This document shows positions 1 to 8,974 of a DNA stretch of 38,824 nucleotides, piece after piece (positions within the stretch are counted from its first letter, which is position 1; the number at the start of each line of letters is the position of its first letter). The notes beneath the pieces were generated by a model that saw nothing but the letters and a program-made list of their open reading frames with translations, made no database searches and had not been told where the DNA came from. The stretch is taken from contig JALFYG010000019.1 of the NCBI GenBank assembly GCA_022784805.1, positions 1-38,824 on the forward strand, read 5' to 3'. The translations under genes and the position numbers were made by a program. This DNA is from Spirochaetales bacterium. Lineage in GTDB: Bacteria > Spirochaetota > Spirochaetia > Sphaerochaetales > Sphaerochaetaceae.

Positions 1-19
1 AATTGAGGCATTCATTTTT

Positions 20-69
20 CAGCCTTACATCCTCCACCTTGAAAGGTGGAAGCTTTACGGCTGTTTTTC
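20..69 (+). terminator. Rho-independent terminator candidate for a + strand gene ending upstream of the window
   Basis: Outer stem CAGCC(20-24)/GGCTG(59-63) encloses inner stem TCCACC(33-38)/GGTGGA(45-50). TTTTT (64-68) follows directly. Confidence 0.5.
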
Positions 70-263
70 TGTAAAGAAACATTACCCAAAATAGAGAGGA
101 TGAATGACAGGATCTGATAAAAAGAGTAATGCTTTTTATTATGGAAATAAGAAAAACATGACTCTGTATTCTTTGTCATTCAGTCATTCCATAAAAACCA
201 GCAAACAGTGGCCTTGCTTGCGAGTAAACTGAAGAATAGTGGAAAGAGAATGAAGGAGACAGG

Positions 264-911
264 TTATGAAGAGAAAGCATTTATTTCTTTCTCCAACAGT
301 CTGAATACGTTTGCCACCAAGAATCCGTCTGCAATGGCATGGTTCATTCTGACAGAGAACGGCATCATCAGTCTTGAGTTCTCTTCTCTGTATTTCCCCC
401 AGTTCACGATGGGTGGAAAGTGTAGATATCCGTCTGGAAGCTCGATATGGAGGCTGTCGTAGCTGAGCCAAGGAATGAAGGAGGCATCAAACCAATTGGG
501 ATGACTCTCCGGATCTAGAGAGTAATCGTGGCTTTTCTTGGCTTTTTCAAGATCTTTTAAAGCTTCTCTGTAGAACCGGGAGTAGTCAGGATAGTAATTT
601 GTGTAAACAGGAGTGCAAGTCTCGGTATCTTCATGAAAGACATATTGGATGGGGTTGATTGTGTCATAGAGCACCAGCTCTTCTGTCTGCCAAAGCCAGA
701 CATATTTGTAATCGTCACGGCTATTGAGGACTTTGGATAGAAGATACAGGAAATTAATGTAGAACTTTGTCTCTGTTCTCCTTGAGTATTCAACCAGCTT
801 GGTGACATCCAGCCTTGCGGTTATGGAGAGAGAACATTTACAGTCATTTCTAAAGTGATTAAATACTCCTTTTCTGTAATATGTATCCATATCGACAACT
901 GTATAGCTCAT
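264..911 (-). CDS. cat: Chloramphenicol O-acetyltransferase (CatA-like) family protein
   Basis: 215-aa ORF of typical CAT length. C-terminal RMNHAIADGF matches the catalytic-His motif (HHAVCDG equivalent). SD GAAGAGGA lies upstream of ATG at 911. Confidence 0.8.
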   Translation of the reverse strand: MSYTVVDMDTYYRKGVFNHFRNDCKCSLSITARLDVTKLVEYSRRTETKFYINFLYLLSKVLNSRDDYKYVWLWQTEELVLYDTINPIQYVFHEDTETCTPVYTNYYPDYSRFYREALKDLEKAKKSHDYSLDPESHPNWFDASFIPWLSYDSLHIELPDGYLHFPPIVNWGKYREENSRLMMPFSVRMNHAIADGFLVANVFRLLEKEINAFSS

Positions 912-1060
912 ATATTTTCCTCTTCATCATATCAAATAAACAAAAAGGATTATGAAATAAGAGCTCCAATAGTGCAACAAGAGAAATGGAATGCACATTA
1001 TTTTCCTTCGTATGGATAATATGTGGTGAAGAGGATAGGTGTTTATTGGAATAATTTAAT

Positions 1061-1092
1061 GAAAAAGCCCCCCAAGAGAAACTTGAGGGCTT
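1061..1092 (-). terminator. Rho-independent terminator of the amino-acid ABC operon
   Basis: On the minus strand AAGCCCTCAAG (1092-1082) pairs with CTTGGGGGGCTT (1076-1065) with one bulge. Loop is TTTCT, then a T-run ending TTTTTC. It sits 8 nt after the stop at 1101. Confidence 0.7.
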
Positions 1093-1100
1093 ACCTTAAG

Positions 1101-1850
1101 TCAAGCTTGTTTTTTATCAGAAAGGAACCTGGATAAGAACTCTTTTGTTCTCTCTTTCTTTGGATTATTAAATACATCCATAGGGTTTCCATCTTCCTCG
1201 ATCCTGCCGTCTGCCATGAATATGACTCTATTGGATACATCCCTGGCAAAGGCCATTTCATGGGTTACAACAAGCATTGTCATGCCACTGGAAGCCAAGC
1301 TTTTCATAACATCCAACACTTCTCCAACCATTTCTGGGTCGAGAGCGGAAGTAGGCTCATCAAAAAGAAGAATCTCAGGACTCATAGCAAGAGCGCGTGC
1401 AATAGCTACTCTCTGCTTCTGTCCTCCAGACAGCTGACGTGGTTTGGCATTGATATACTGGGACATACCTACCTTTGAAAGGTACTCGAGAGCAATTTTT
1501 TTAGCTTCATCTTTCTTTCTCTTTAATACACATGTCTGCCCAACAATACAGTTATCCAAGACATCAAGATTATTGAATAGATTGAAGCTCTGGAAGACCA
1601 TACCAACTTTAGTGCGGTAATTGTCTTCGTTAACCTCACCCTTGAGAACATTCTTTCCATGGAAATAAATATTTCCTCCAGTGGCCTCTTCTAGCATGTT
1701 GATGCACCTGAGAAGAGTAGATTTTCCACTGCCTGATGAGCCTATGATGCTTATTACGTCTCCCTTATACACAGAGAAATCGATATCTTTTAATACATCA
1801 TTAGTTCCAAATGATTTTACAAGGTGTTCCACCTTCAAGAGTTCTTCCAT
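1101..1850 (-). CDS. Polar amino-acid ABC transporter, ATP-binding protein (GlnQ/HisP-like)
   Basis: Walker [10 protein letters not shown], signature LSGGQKQR, Walker [12 protein letters not shown]. Start overlaps the permease stop (TGATG). Confidence 0.95.
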   Translation of the reverse strand: MEELLKVEHLVKSFGTNDVLKDIDFSVYKGDVISIIGSSGSGKSTLLRCINMLEEATGGNIYFHGKNVLKGEVNEDNYRTKVGMVFQSFNLFNNLDVLDNCIVGQTCVLKRKKDEAKKIALEYLSKVGMSQYINAKPRQLSGGQKQRVAIARALAMSPEILLFDEPTSALDPEMVGEVLDVMKSLASSGMTMLVVTHEMAFARDVSNRVIFMADGRIEEDGNPMDVFNNPKKERTKEFLSRFLSDKKQA

Positions 1851-2650
1851 CAGTGTGTGCCTCCTGTAGTTTTATTATACTTGGTCATGCCACTGGTGAA
1901 AGCTAGGGTATCGGAAGTGGCAAGATCGAAGTTTGCAGGTCCATCCATCTTATTCTCCACCCATCTGAGAATTCTTGAACAAGTGAATGTAAGAATAAAA
2001 TAGATGATCATTGTTACAGTTGCAGCTTCAAAATAAGTGTAGAGAGCACCTGAGATGCTCTTGAATGTAAAGAAGAGCTCAACTGTTCCTATGATTGATA
2101 GGACACAGGTATCTTTAATATTAATGATAAGGTTATTGCCAATCTGTGGCATGATATTTCTTAGAGCTTGAGGAAGTATGACCTTCATCATGGTCTGGAC
2201 ATGATTCATGCCGATGGCCTTTGCGCCTTCTGTCTGTCCCTTATCGATACTTAGGATTCCACCTCTTACAGTCTCTGCCATATATGCACCTGTGTTTATG
2301 GAAACAATAAGAATAGCAGCGCTCCACATGGAGAGGTTGATGTTAAATAGCTGAGCCATTCCATAGTAGATGAAGGCAGCCTGAAGCATCATCGGAGTTC
2401 CTCTGAAGATCTCTACATATGCATCAAGAATCCATTTGACAATTCTTAGAAGAGCTCTTTTGATCATACCGGAACTCTTCTTTGGCTCTGTAGTCTGTAC
2501 TAGTCCTACTGCAAAACCAATTATACACCCCAAAAGTGTGCAGACAATGGCGATAATCATTGTTGTAGCGGCCCCGTTAAGGAGGGAGCCGCTATAACGC
2601 TGGAGAATGTACCACATTCTCTGGAAGAAATTCATCTGTGATATAGTCAT
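1850..2650 (-). CDS. Amino-acid ABC transporter permease (HisM/GlnP type)
   Basis: 266 aa with multiple TM segments and an EAA-like loop ([21 protein letters not shown]). Sits between the SBP and ATPase genes. Confidence 0.9.
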   Translation of the reverse strand: MTISQMNFFQRMWYILQRYSGSLLNGAATTMIIAIVCTLLGCIIGFAVGLVQTTEPKKSSGMIKRALLRIVKWILDAYVEIFRGTPMMLQAAFIYYGMAQLFNINLSMWSAAILIVSINTGAYMAETVRGGILSIDKGQTEGAKAIGMNHVQTMMKVILPQALRNIMPQIGNNLIINIKDTCVLSIIGTVELFFTFKSISGALYTYFEAATVTMIIYFILTFTCSRILRWVENKMDGPANFDLATSDTLAFTSGMTKYNKTTGGTH

Positions 2651-2668
2651 CAGATCGTAGTTCCTTTA

Positions 2669-3514
2669 TTAGTTTGAAAGAGGCTGGACGGAGATAGCTT
2701 CATCCATCATGGCGTTAAAGTCTTCAACTGTAAGAGTAGCAAGTACTCCATTGATTGCTTCTGTCAGTGCTGTGTTGCTCTTTGATACAGAGATACCAAT
2801 GTTGATTTCTTCCTGGCTTACGACGAAGTTGTCGGAAGAATTTGTGAAATCCAGAAGGCGGAATGAAGGGTAGGCGACAAGAGCAGCCTGGGCTGTAGGC
2901 ATATCTGTGCAGATGAGATCAACTCTGCCTGCAGAGAGTGCGACTAGCATTGCTGGAGCGCTTTCCTGAGCTGGAAGAATGTTTGCCTTCTCAATCTGAG
3001 GAAGACATACATCATACCACACTGTATTCTGCTGGCTTGTACATACAGCTCCCTTAAGGTCTGAGATACCCTTTGCGCTCTCATACTGGCTTCCTTCGTT
3101 TACAAGACAAACGATGGATGCATAGTAGTAAGGAGTTGTAAAATCGACCATCTGGAGTCTGTCAGATGTGATGGACTGACCAGCGATTACACAGTCAACT
3201 GTACCAGACTGAACAGCTGGAACAAGGGAATCCCAATCGAGCTTTACGATTTCCAGCTCTTTTCCAAGCTTTTCTGCAATAAGCTTTGCCATCATTACGT
3301 CATATCCATATGCATATTCAGTGCTGCCGCTGATCTTTACTGCACCGTTGCTATCAGTAGTCTGAGTCCAGTTATATGGAGCATATCCGCATTCCATGGC
3401 TACTCTGAGTGTATTAGCTGAAGAAGCTGTTTCTTCCTTTGATCCATTTGCAAAAACAAAAGCGACGGAAAGAGCAAGAACTAATAGTACTGAAGCGATT
3501 TTTTTAGCGTTCAT
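2669..3514 (-). CDS. Amino-acid ABC transporter substrate-binding protein
   Basis: Track ORF 2669-3556 trimmed to ATG 3514, which has SD AGGGAGA upstream. Signal peptide MNAKKIASVLLVLALSVAFVFANGSKEE. First gene of the ABC operon. Confidence 0.85.
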   Translation of the reverse strand: MNAKKIASVLLVLALSVAFVFANGSKEETASSANTLRVAMECGYAPYNWTQTTDSNGAVKISGSTEYAYGYDVMMAKLIAEKLGKELEIVKLDWDSLVPAVQSGTVDCVIAGQSITSDRLQMVDFTTPYYYASIVCLVNEGSQYESAKGISDLKGAVCTSQQNTVWYDVCLPQIEKANILPAQESAPAMLVALSAGRVDLICTDMPTAQAALVAYPSFRLLDFTNSSDNFVVSQEEINIGISVSKSNTALTEAINGVLATLTVEDFNAMMDEAISVQPLSN

Positions 3515-3552
3515 TTCAATTATCTCCCTAAAGATACAAGTAGGATGATGAG

Positions 3553-3581
3553 ACAATACTCTTTTGTTAACGAATGGTCAA
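3553..3581 (-). promoter_or_regulatory. Candidate sigma70-type promoter of the amino-acid ABC operon
   Basis: Minus strand: -35 TTGACC (3581-3576), 17-nt spacer, -10 TATTGT (3558-3553). About 40 nt upstream of ATG 3514. Confidence 0.35.
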
Positions 3582-3602
3582 GATGTTAATAAATAATATT
3601 TA

Positions 3603-3620
3603 ATGTTATTATAATAACAT
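3603..3620. promoter_or_regulatory. Perfect 18-bp palindrome, candidate regulator binding site
   Basis: ATGTTATT-AT-AATAACAT (8+2+8). Lies just upstream of the candidate -35 of the ABC operon. Confidence 0.35.
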
Positions 3621-3720
3621 AATTAAGATAAATCTATGATTGTTTAATGGCGCCAAAAGAAATAAATCAGGGACACACAAAGTATTTAGTTGGAAATTGC
3701 AAGTGATTAGAGAAATAGAA

Positions 3721-3753
3721 AGACCTCAAAAGGCTCTTGTACCCTTGAGGTCT
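3721..3753 (-). terminator. Terminator candidate for the dehydrogenase/TIM-barrel operon
   Basis: 9-bp stem AGACCTCAA (3721-3729)/TTGAGGTCT (3745-3753). On the minus strand it is followed by TTCTATTTCTCT. It sits 32 nt after the stop at 3785. Confidence 0.5.
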
Positions 3754-3784
3754 AAGATTTTAACTGGGAGTTTTACAATAAATA

Positions 3785-4759
3785 CTACTTGTTCACAACG
3801 TTTTGAGGTTTACCCTCGATGAATGTCTTTACGTTGTCTGACGTAACGCTCATTATCCTTTCTCTTGCTTCCTTTGCTCCCCATGACATATGAGGTGTAA
3901 TAATGCAGTTCTTTGCCTTTAATAACGGGTTGTCTCCCTTGATCGGTTCAGTAGAGACAACGTCCAAAGCCGCACCACCTACTTTGCCGCTATTAAGTGC
4001 ATCAGCAAGATCTTGCTCGACGACAAGTTGTCCACGGGAATTATTTACAATAAGTACTCCGTCTTTCATCTGCGCAATGGTATCCTTATTTATCAATCCC
4101 ATTGTGTCAGGAAACAGAGGGCAATGAAGAGCGATTACATCAGACTCTCTATAGAGTTCTTCTCTGGTGACATATTTAAATCCTTCTTCAACAAACTTTG
4201 GGTTTTCAAAGTTGTCGTTGACAATGACATTCATGTTAAGAGCCTTGGCAATTTCTCCCGTTCTATGTCCGATTCTTCCAAATCCGATGATACCAATTGT
4301 CTTGGAAGCCAATTCAATAAGAGGGTAGTCCCAAAAACACCAGTCGATATTATTTTCCCATCTGCCATTATGGACTGCTTCGGAGTGATGCCCAATGTGA
4401 TGGCAAAGTTCAAGAAGCAGAGCAATTGCAAATTGAGAAACACTATCAGTGCCATAAGTAGGAACATTAGAAACCGGAATTCCTTTCTCTTTTGCATAAT
4501 TTACATCAACTACATTGTATCCTGTTGCCAATAGGGCCACGAAACGTATATTAGGACATCTATCGAATACTTCTTTGTTAATTGGAGTTTTATTTGTAAT
4601 TACTATATCTGCATCTCCAATTCTTCGTACTATTTCATCGACATCTCCAACAGGTGTTCTGTCAAAACAGACAAAATCACCGTGAGCTTTAAAACAATCC
4701 CAACTAAGATCGCCAGGGTTTTCTGTATAACCATCTAATACAACTATTTTGTGATTCAT
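3785..4759 (-). CDS. D-isomer-specific 2-hydroxyacid dehydrogenase (glycerate dehydrogenase-like)
   Basis: 324 aa. NAD fold GIIGFGRIGHRTG and catalytic region ITPHMSWG. Overall layout matches the HprA/GhrB-type family. Confidence 0.9.
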   Translation of the reverse strand: MNHKIVVLDGYTENPGDLSWDCFKAHGDFVCFDRTPVGDVDEIVRRIGDADIVITNKTPINKEVFDRCPNIRFVALLATGYNVVDVNYAKEKGIPVSNVPTYGTDSVSQFAIALLLELCHHIGHHSEAVHNGRWENNIDWCFWDYPLIELASKTIGIIGFGRIGHRTGEIAKALNMNVIVNDNFENPKFVEEGFKYVTREELYRESDVIALHCPLFPDTMGLINKDTIAQMKDGVLIVNNSRGQLVVEQDLADALNSGKVGGAALDVVSTEPIKGDNPLLKAKNCIITPHMSWGAKEARERIMSVTSDNVKTFIEGKPQNVVNK

Positions 4760-4810
4760 TAATATTATCCTATATAAAAAGAGGTAAAGGGTTCCTTTAC
4801 CTCTTCCAAA

Positions 4811-5758
4811 TTACTTAAAGAGCTCGTTCTCAATATGCTTCCAAAGATCCATGTAATCTCCTGAATACCTATATTTATCGATATCCAGTCTATCGGCGAT
4901 TTCAATGAATTTGTCTGTGATTCTATTGTTTGCTTCAAATGTTGAAACAACACCTGTTCTTGTAGGGGATGTATCTGAAACAATATATCCTTGATAATCA
5001 AACTTTTTGAGGTAGTAGACAAATTCAAGGTATTCGAGAATGTGTTTTGACCCTGTGAAGTAGTCCCAATCCCACTTTCCATCATTGTCATTCATGTGGA
5101 CATAGTATGGAATATTACAACTGTGTAGGAGGGCAAGCTCTTCAGCTGGATTCTTTCCACCATATAGTACATGTCCGACATCAATCGTTACCCCCAAACC
5201 TTTCTTGCCAATTTGATCGATAAGAAGAACAGTTTTTGCTGCATCGAATAAGAAACAAGTACCTCTTGTTTCTGAAGGTTTAAATTCAATAAAAGTAGTG
5301 ATTTCAGGCTTATAGGAAGCAGCTTCGCTGAAAGCCTCCTTTAAATATTCCCAGCATTTGATGTAATCAGCTTGGAAAGCAAACTCATACCCGTCACCGA
5401 GAGGGCAGACTGTAATCTGGTTGACACCGATTGCTTCTGCAAAATCTTTTCCTTCTTTAATAAAAGAAATAGCCCTATCTCTTACTTCTTTTACAGGAGA
5501 TGTGATACCACCCATTCTAAATTCAGGTTCAGCTTTAATGTTGACATTCACAGCTGAAATAGCCAATCCATATTTATCCATAAGGGCCTTGGTTTCTTCT
5601 GGAGAAGAGACTTCATAAGGATACACACACTCCATTGCGGAAATACCCTTAATTTGCTTTGCCATTGCAAATTTTTCCTCGAGAGTAAGCAATGTGTTGT
5701 ACTCATGGAAACGGTCTTTGGTTTTGCTCAAAAAAGATGAGATTACAGAATACTTCAT
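4811..5758 (-). CDS. Xylose-isomerase-like TIM-barrel sugar isomerase/epimerase
   Basis: 315 aa. IEFKPSETR resembles EPKPxEP of XylA-type enzymes. DVGH and VHMNDNDGKWDWD are metal-site-like motifs. Confidence 0.75.
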   Translation of the reverse strand: MKYSVISSFLSKTKDRFHEYNTLLTLEEKFAMAKQIKGISAMECVYPYEVSSPEETKALMDKYGLAISAVNVNIKAEPEFRMGGITSPVKEVRDRAISFIKEGKDFAEAIGVNQITVCPLGDGYEFAFQADYIKCWEYLKEAFSEAASYKPEITTFIEFKPSETRGTCFLFDAAKTVLLIDQIGKKGLGVTIDVGHVLYGGKNPAEELALLHSCNIPYYVHMNDNDGKWDWDYFTGSKHILEYLEFVYYLKKFDYQGYIVSDTSPTRTGVVSTFEANNRITDKFIEIADRLDIDKYRYSGDYMDLWKHIENELFK

Positions 5759-5777
5759 AAATAACTCCTTTTGTTTT

Positions 5778-6614
5778 TTATTTTAGTAACTCTTCGAGAT
5801 ATTTCTTACCGAACGAGTATTCGCTATCAACTAAGTCTGGGGTTGTCACTATTTCAAGATCAAGGGAACCCTGGTAGCCATTTTCCTTCAAGCCATTGAT
5901 TACGCTTTTCCAAGGTATATTGCCTTTTCCTGGTGCCAATGCAAGATTTTCGAAAGTAAAATTATCTTTTAAATGGGTTCCAAAAACTTTTGAACTAAGT
6001 TTTGAAGGAATTAACTCAATTCTTTCTTTGCTTGCCCAGGCATGACCAGTATCAAAATTAAGGCCTAGATTTTCCTTTCCACTATCACTGATTAATCTCA
6101 ATAACCCATCAGTGTTTTGCAAAATAGAACCAGGAACAATCTCCATCGCAAGACGCATATTACCATCGTCAGCAATTTCACAAAAAGTGGATATTTTCTC
6201 TACAAATCTATCCCAGATCCTTTTGTATTCCCCTGGACCATAGGAATGTCCTTCTGTTTCAAAAGGTCCACCAATCGGCAAAGTTATAGTAGAAGAATCA
6301 AGAATAGAATTTATTTCTACAATTCTCTTCATTTCTTCATAACCATAATCCGAGAAAAGCATGTCCTCTGTCTTTGTTGCATACAGAAGAAAATGCGCTA
6401 CAAACTGAGTTTCTTTCATGCCTAAGTCGTTTGCGGCTTTTTTTAATTCCGGTGCGTCTTTTGTCCATTCAGAAAGCTTTTCTTTTTTATATATCTCTCC
6501 TTGATAGCCATCAAATCCTGATTTCTTCAGTTTGTGTATTGCTTGAATGTAATCACTTACTGTGAAATCTGTGGTAAAAACAGAAAAAACATATGCAGGT
6601 GAAACTCCGAACAT
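5778..6614 (-). CDS. Sugar phosphate isomerase/epimerase (AP-endonuclease-2/xylose-isomerase-like TIM barrel)
   Basis: Track ORF starts at a TTG (6644). Trimmed to ATG 6614, which has SD GAGGA 5 nt upstream. Motifs LAMEIVPGS, NFDTGHAW, THLKDN. Confidence 0.75.
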   Translation of the reverse strand: MFGVSPAYVFSVFTTDFTVSDYIQAIHKLKKSGFDGYQGEIYKKEKLSEWTKDAPELKKAANDLGMKETQFVAHFLLYATKTEDMLFSDYGYEEMKRIVEINSILDSSTITLPIGGPFETEGHSYGPGEYKRIWDRFVEKISTFCEIADDGNMRLAMEIVPGSILQNTDGLLRLISDSGKENLGLNFDTGHAWASKERIELIPSKLSSKVFGTHLKDNFTFENLALAPGKGNIPWKSVINGLKENGYQGSLDLEIVTTPDLVDSEYSFGKKYLEELLK

Positions 6615-6631
6615 TCTTATCCTCATAAAAC

Positions 6632-6647
6632 ATTTTGTATTCAAAAT
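6632..6647. promoter_or_regulatory. Operator site A (15/16 match to ATTTTGTATACAAAAT)
   Basis: ATTTTGTATTCAAAAT. Lies just downstream of the -10 of the minus-strand promoter and 18 nt upstream of ATG 6614. Confidence 0.6.
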
Positions 6648-6656
6648 TATTAATTT

Positions 6657-6686
6657 ATATTAGATGTCTATTTTTGTATCTGTCAA
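6657..6686 (-). promoter_or_regulatory. Promoter of the TIM-barrel/dehydrogenase operon
   Basis: Minus strand: -35 TTGACA (6686-6681), 18-nt spacer, -10 TAATAT (6662-6657). Confidence 0.5.
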
Positions 6687-6693
6687 GAAAAAC

Positions 6694-6721
6694 TTGACTT
6701 ATGAAACGGTCTTAATAGAAT
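6694..6721 (+). promoter_or_regulatory. Promoter of the BKACE-GntR-GntR operon
   Basis: -35 TTGACT (6694-6699), 16-nt spacer, -10 TAGAAT (6716-6721). Confidence 0.55.
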
Positions 6722-6736
6722 AAATGTATACAAAAT
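6721..6736. promoter_or_regulatory. Operator site B (12/16, right half perfect)
   Basis: TAAATGTATACAAAAT. Starts at the last base of the -10 and so covers the expected transcription start. Confidence 0.5.
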
Positions 6737-6753
6737 TTTATTGGAGGTTTTAT

Positions 6754-7581
6754 ATGAAACGAAAAATAATCATTGCTGTTGCACCTGTCGCCCATATGGA
6801 GAAGAGAGTTCCAGAAGGGGTGATTAATCCTGTTGACCCAGATTCTTTGGCAGAAGAAGTCGTAAAATGTGCAGAAAACGGAGCCTCCCTCGTACATCTC
6901 CATGTAAGGGACAACAAAGGGCATATCGTAGGTAATCTTGATACATTTTCATATACTATCAATAAAATTAGGGAAAAAAGTGATATAATCATTCAAGGTT
7001 CGACTGGAGGTGTATCGGATCTTTCTCTTGATGCTCGGTCTGTTTCTGTTGAGCATCCTCTTGTCCAAATGGCGTCATTAAATATGGGCACTACAAATTT
7101 TGGAGAGTCTATTTATGTTAATAGTTATCCAGATATCAGATATTGGGCTAATAAAATGAAAAAGTATGATGTGGTTCCTGAATTAGAAATTTTTGATACA
7201 TCAATGATTGATACATGTTTGATGATGAGAGAAGAAGGAGTCCTTTCAGATCCTCTTCATTTTAATTTTTCTCTTGGATTTAAAGGATGTATGGCAGCTA
7301 CGGCAGATAATCTTTATATTCTTAAATCAAAACTCCCGCTTGGAGCAAAGTGGTCGATTCTTCATGAGGGAATGAATGATTTGAGCCTATTGGCTGCTGC
7401 AATATCTTTTGGTGCTACAGGTATTCGAGTAGGGTATGAAGATGGCTTCTATTTAGGTGAAAATCGAACAGCAAGCAACAGTGAACTTGTTGCAGCTGCT
7501 GCAGAATTAGTAAAAATGATGGGGTGTGAAGTGGCTACAATAGATGAGGCATATAATATACTTGAAATGCACCGAAAATAA
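6754..7581 (+). CDS. Beta-keto acid cleavage enzyme family protein (BKACE, DUF849; 3-keto-5-aminohexanoate cleavage-like)
   Basis: Trimmed to ATG 6754 (SD GGAGG 6743-6747). Motifs KIIIAVAPV, LVHLHVRD (His-x-His metal site), IIQGSTGG, IRVGYEDG. Confidence 0.85.
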   Translation: MKRKIIIAVAPVAHMEKRVPEGVINPVDPDSLAEEVVKCAENGASLVHLHVRDNKGHIVGNLDTFSYTINKIREKSDIIIQGSTGGVSDLSLDARSVSVEHPLVQMASLNMGTTNFGESIYVNSYPDIRYWANKMKKYDVVPELEIFDTSMIDTCLMMREEGVLSDPLHFNFSLGFKGCMAATADNLYILKSKLPLGAKWSILHEGMNDLSLLAAAISFGATGIRVGYEDGFYLGENRTASNSELVAAAAELVKMMGCEVATIDEAYNILEMHRK

Positions 7582-7656
7582 TATTAAGTTGTTGTAGTAT
7601 GAGGGCCTGTATATATTAAAGTACGTTGCCCGTCATCTTAAGGGGACTACTTTTTT

Positions 7657-8319
7657 ATGGAAGATAGCAACGCGGTTTATCAGGACCTATCTACAAAGGT
7701 ATATAACAGTCTTAAATCAATGATATTGTCTGGTGAATTGGAACAAGGGCAAAAATTGAAGCAAGAACAGTTGGCAGAACAGCTTGGTGTTTCTCGTACT
7801 CCTTTGTTGCAAGCCACCAGCAGACTTGCAAAAGATAAATTAGTTGATTTAATTCCTAGACGGGGAGCATATGTTCGTGTAGTTAGTTCAAAGGAAATGA
7901 TTGATGCCTTTGATATTCGTTCTTCTCTTGAACCACTTGGTGCTGAACTAGCTTCAAAATACATATCCGAAGAAAACATTCACACATTAGAGTCTATCCT
8001 TGATGAACAGGAAAATAAAATTAAAGGTGGACAAATTCGAGAGTCATTTGAGGAAGATTGCAAGTTCCATATTTTACTGATGAAAAGCAGTGGTAATAAT
8101 TATCTTTACGACTATCTGAAAAACATTATTAATATGCAGCTTTCTACTGAGAGATATTTAAAAACTCCTGAAGAAAGTGTTTTGGAACATAGACTAATAC
8201 TGCAAGCAATAAAAAACCATGAAGCATATTCTTCTAGAAGTAAGATGGCTATGCACATGGATCATGGAGCAAAAGAACAGTTGGAGGAAATCCTTTCTAA
8301 TAAGGAGGTTAAAAAATAA
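7657..8319 (+). CDS. GntR-family transcriptional regulator (FadR/FCD subfamily), copy 1
   Basis: 220 aa. N-terminal winged HTH (LKQEQLAEQLGVSRTPLLQATSRLAKDKLV) and an all-helical C-terminal FCD-like domain. Confidence 0.9.
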   Translation: MEDSNAVYQDLSTKVYNSLKSMILSGELEQGQKLKQEQLAEQLGVSRTPLLQATSRLAKDKLVDLIPRRGAYVRVVSSKEMIDAFDIRSSLEPLGAELASKYISEENIHTLESILDEQENKIKGGQIRESFEEDCKFHILLMKSSGNNYLYDYLKNIINMQLSTERYLKTPEESVLEHRLILQAIKNHEAYSSRSKMAMHMDHGAKEQLEEILSNKEVKK

Positions 8320-8966
8320 TGGAACCTGTTGAGAATGTGGCTCTTAAAGAATATCTGTATAAAGCAATAAAAGATATGGTTGATAGAGGAGAATTAAAAA
8401 TAGGTGAGAAAATCTCCAAACCTGATCTGGCCAAAAAATTCAATGTTAGTCAAACTCCTGTCAATGATGTTTTAAATCGTCTGGTGGGTGAAGGATATAT
8501 CGCGATGGAGTCCAGAAAAGGATTCTTTGTCAAAGAAGTGACAGACGAAGATCTTTGCCAAGCATTTGAGATGCGTGCAGGAATTGAAATGATTGCAGTT
8601 AGATTATGTTGTGAAAAGGCAACAGACGATGAAATAAATGAGCTTTCTTCTCTGTTCAATGATTTTTCCCTTCCTCTTGATGACGAAGCTTACAAACGTT
8701 ATATACAAGTAGACAATGAATTTCATCAGAAAATAATTCAGTATTCGGGTAATGTTTTTTTGGCTCAGTCGCTGACATATAGTGGGTTTCTTGTCAGATC
8801 CAACAGAAAAGGTCTGGTAAGACCCCCTGAAGAAACTCTTGAAGAGCATCGAGCAATATCAGATGCTTTGAAAAAAAGAGAGGGAGAAAAAGCTTCTTCC
8901 TGTATGATGAGGCATCTTTTGGCTTCACGTGAATTAATTCGTGAAGCCATGAAAAAGAATCAATAG
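8319..8966 (+). CDS. GntR-family transcriptional regulator (FadR/FCD subfamily), copy 2
   Basis: 215 aa. HTH KPDLAKKFNVSQTPVNDVLNRLVGEGYI and a helical C-terminal domain. TAATG overlap with copy 1, SD AAGGAGG 8302-8308. Confidence 0.9.
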   Translation: MEPVENVALKEYLYKAIKDMVDRGELKIGEKISKPDLAKKFNVSQTPVNDVLNRLVGEGYIAMESRKGFFVKEVTDEDLCQAFEMRAGIEMIAVRLCCEKATDDEINELSSLFNDFSLPLDDEAYKRYIQVDNEFHQKIIQYSGNVFLAQSLTYSGFLVRSNRKGLVRPPEETLEEHRAISDALKKREGEKASSCMMRHLLASRELIREAMKKNQ

Positions 8967-8974
8967 CATCAAAT

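Noticed and set aside
184-471. 95-aa (minus) and 84-aa (plus, 208-462) ORFs at the 3' end of the cat gene
   Set aside because: They overlap the CAT-family CDS in other frames and have no motif or ribosome-binding site.
4013-4534. 173-aa + strand ORF
   Set aside because: It is fully antisense to the well-supported dehydrogenase CDS, has a low-complexity composition, and carries no motif or SD.
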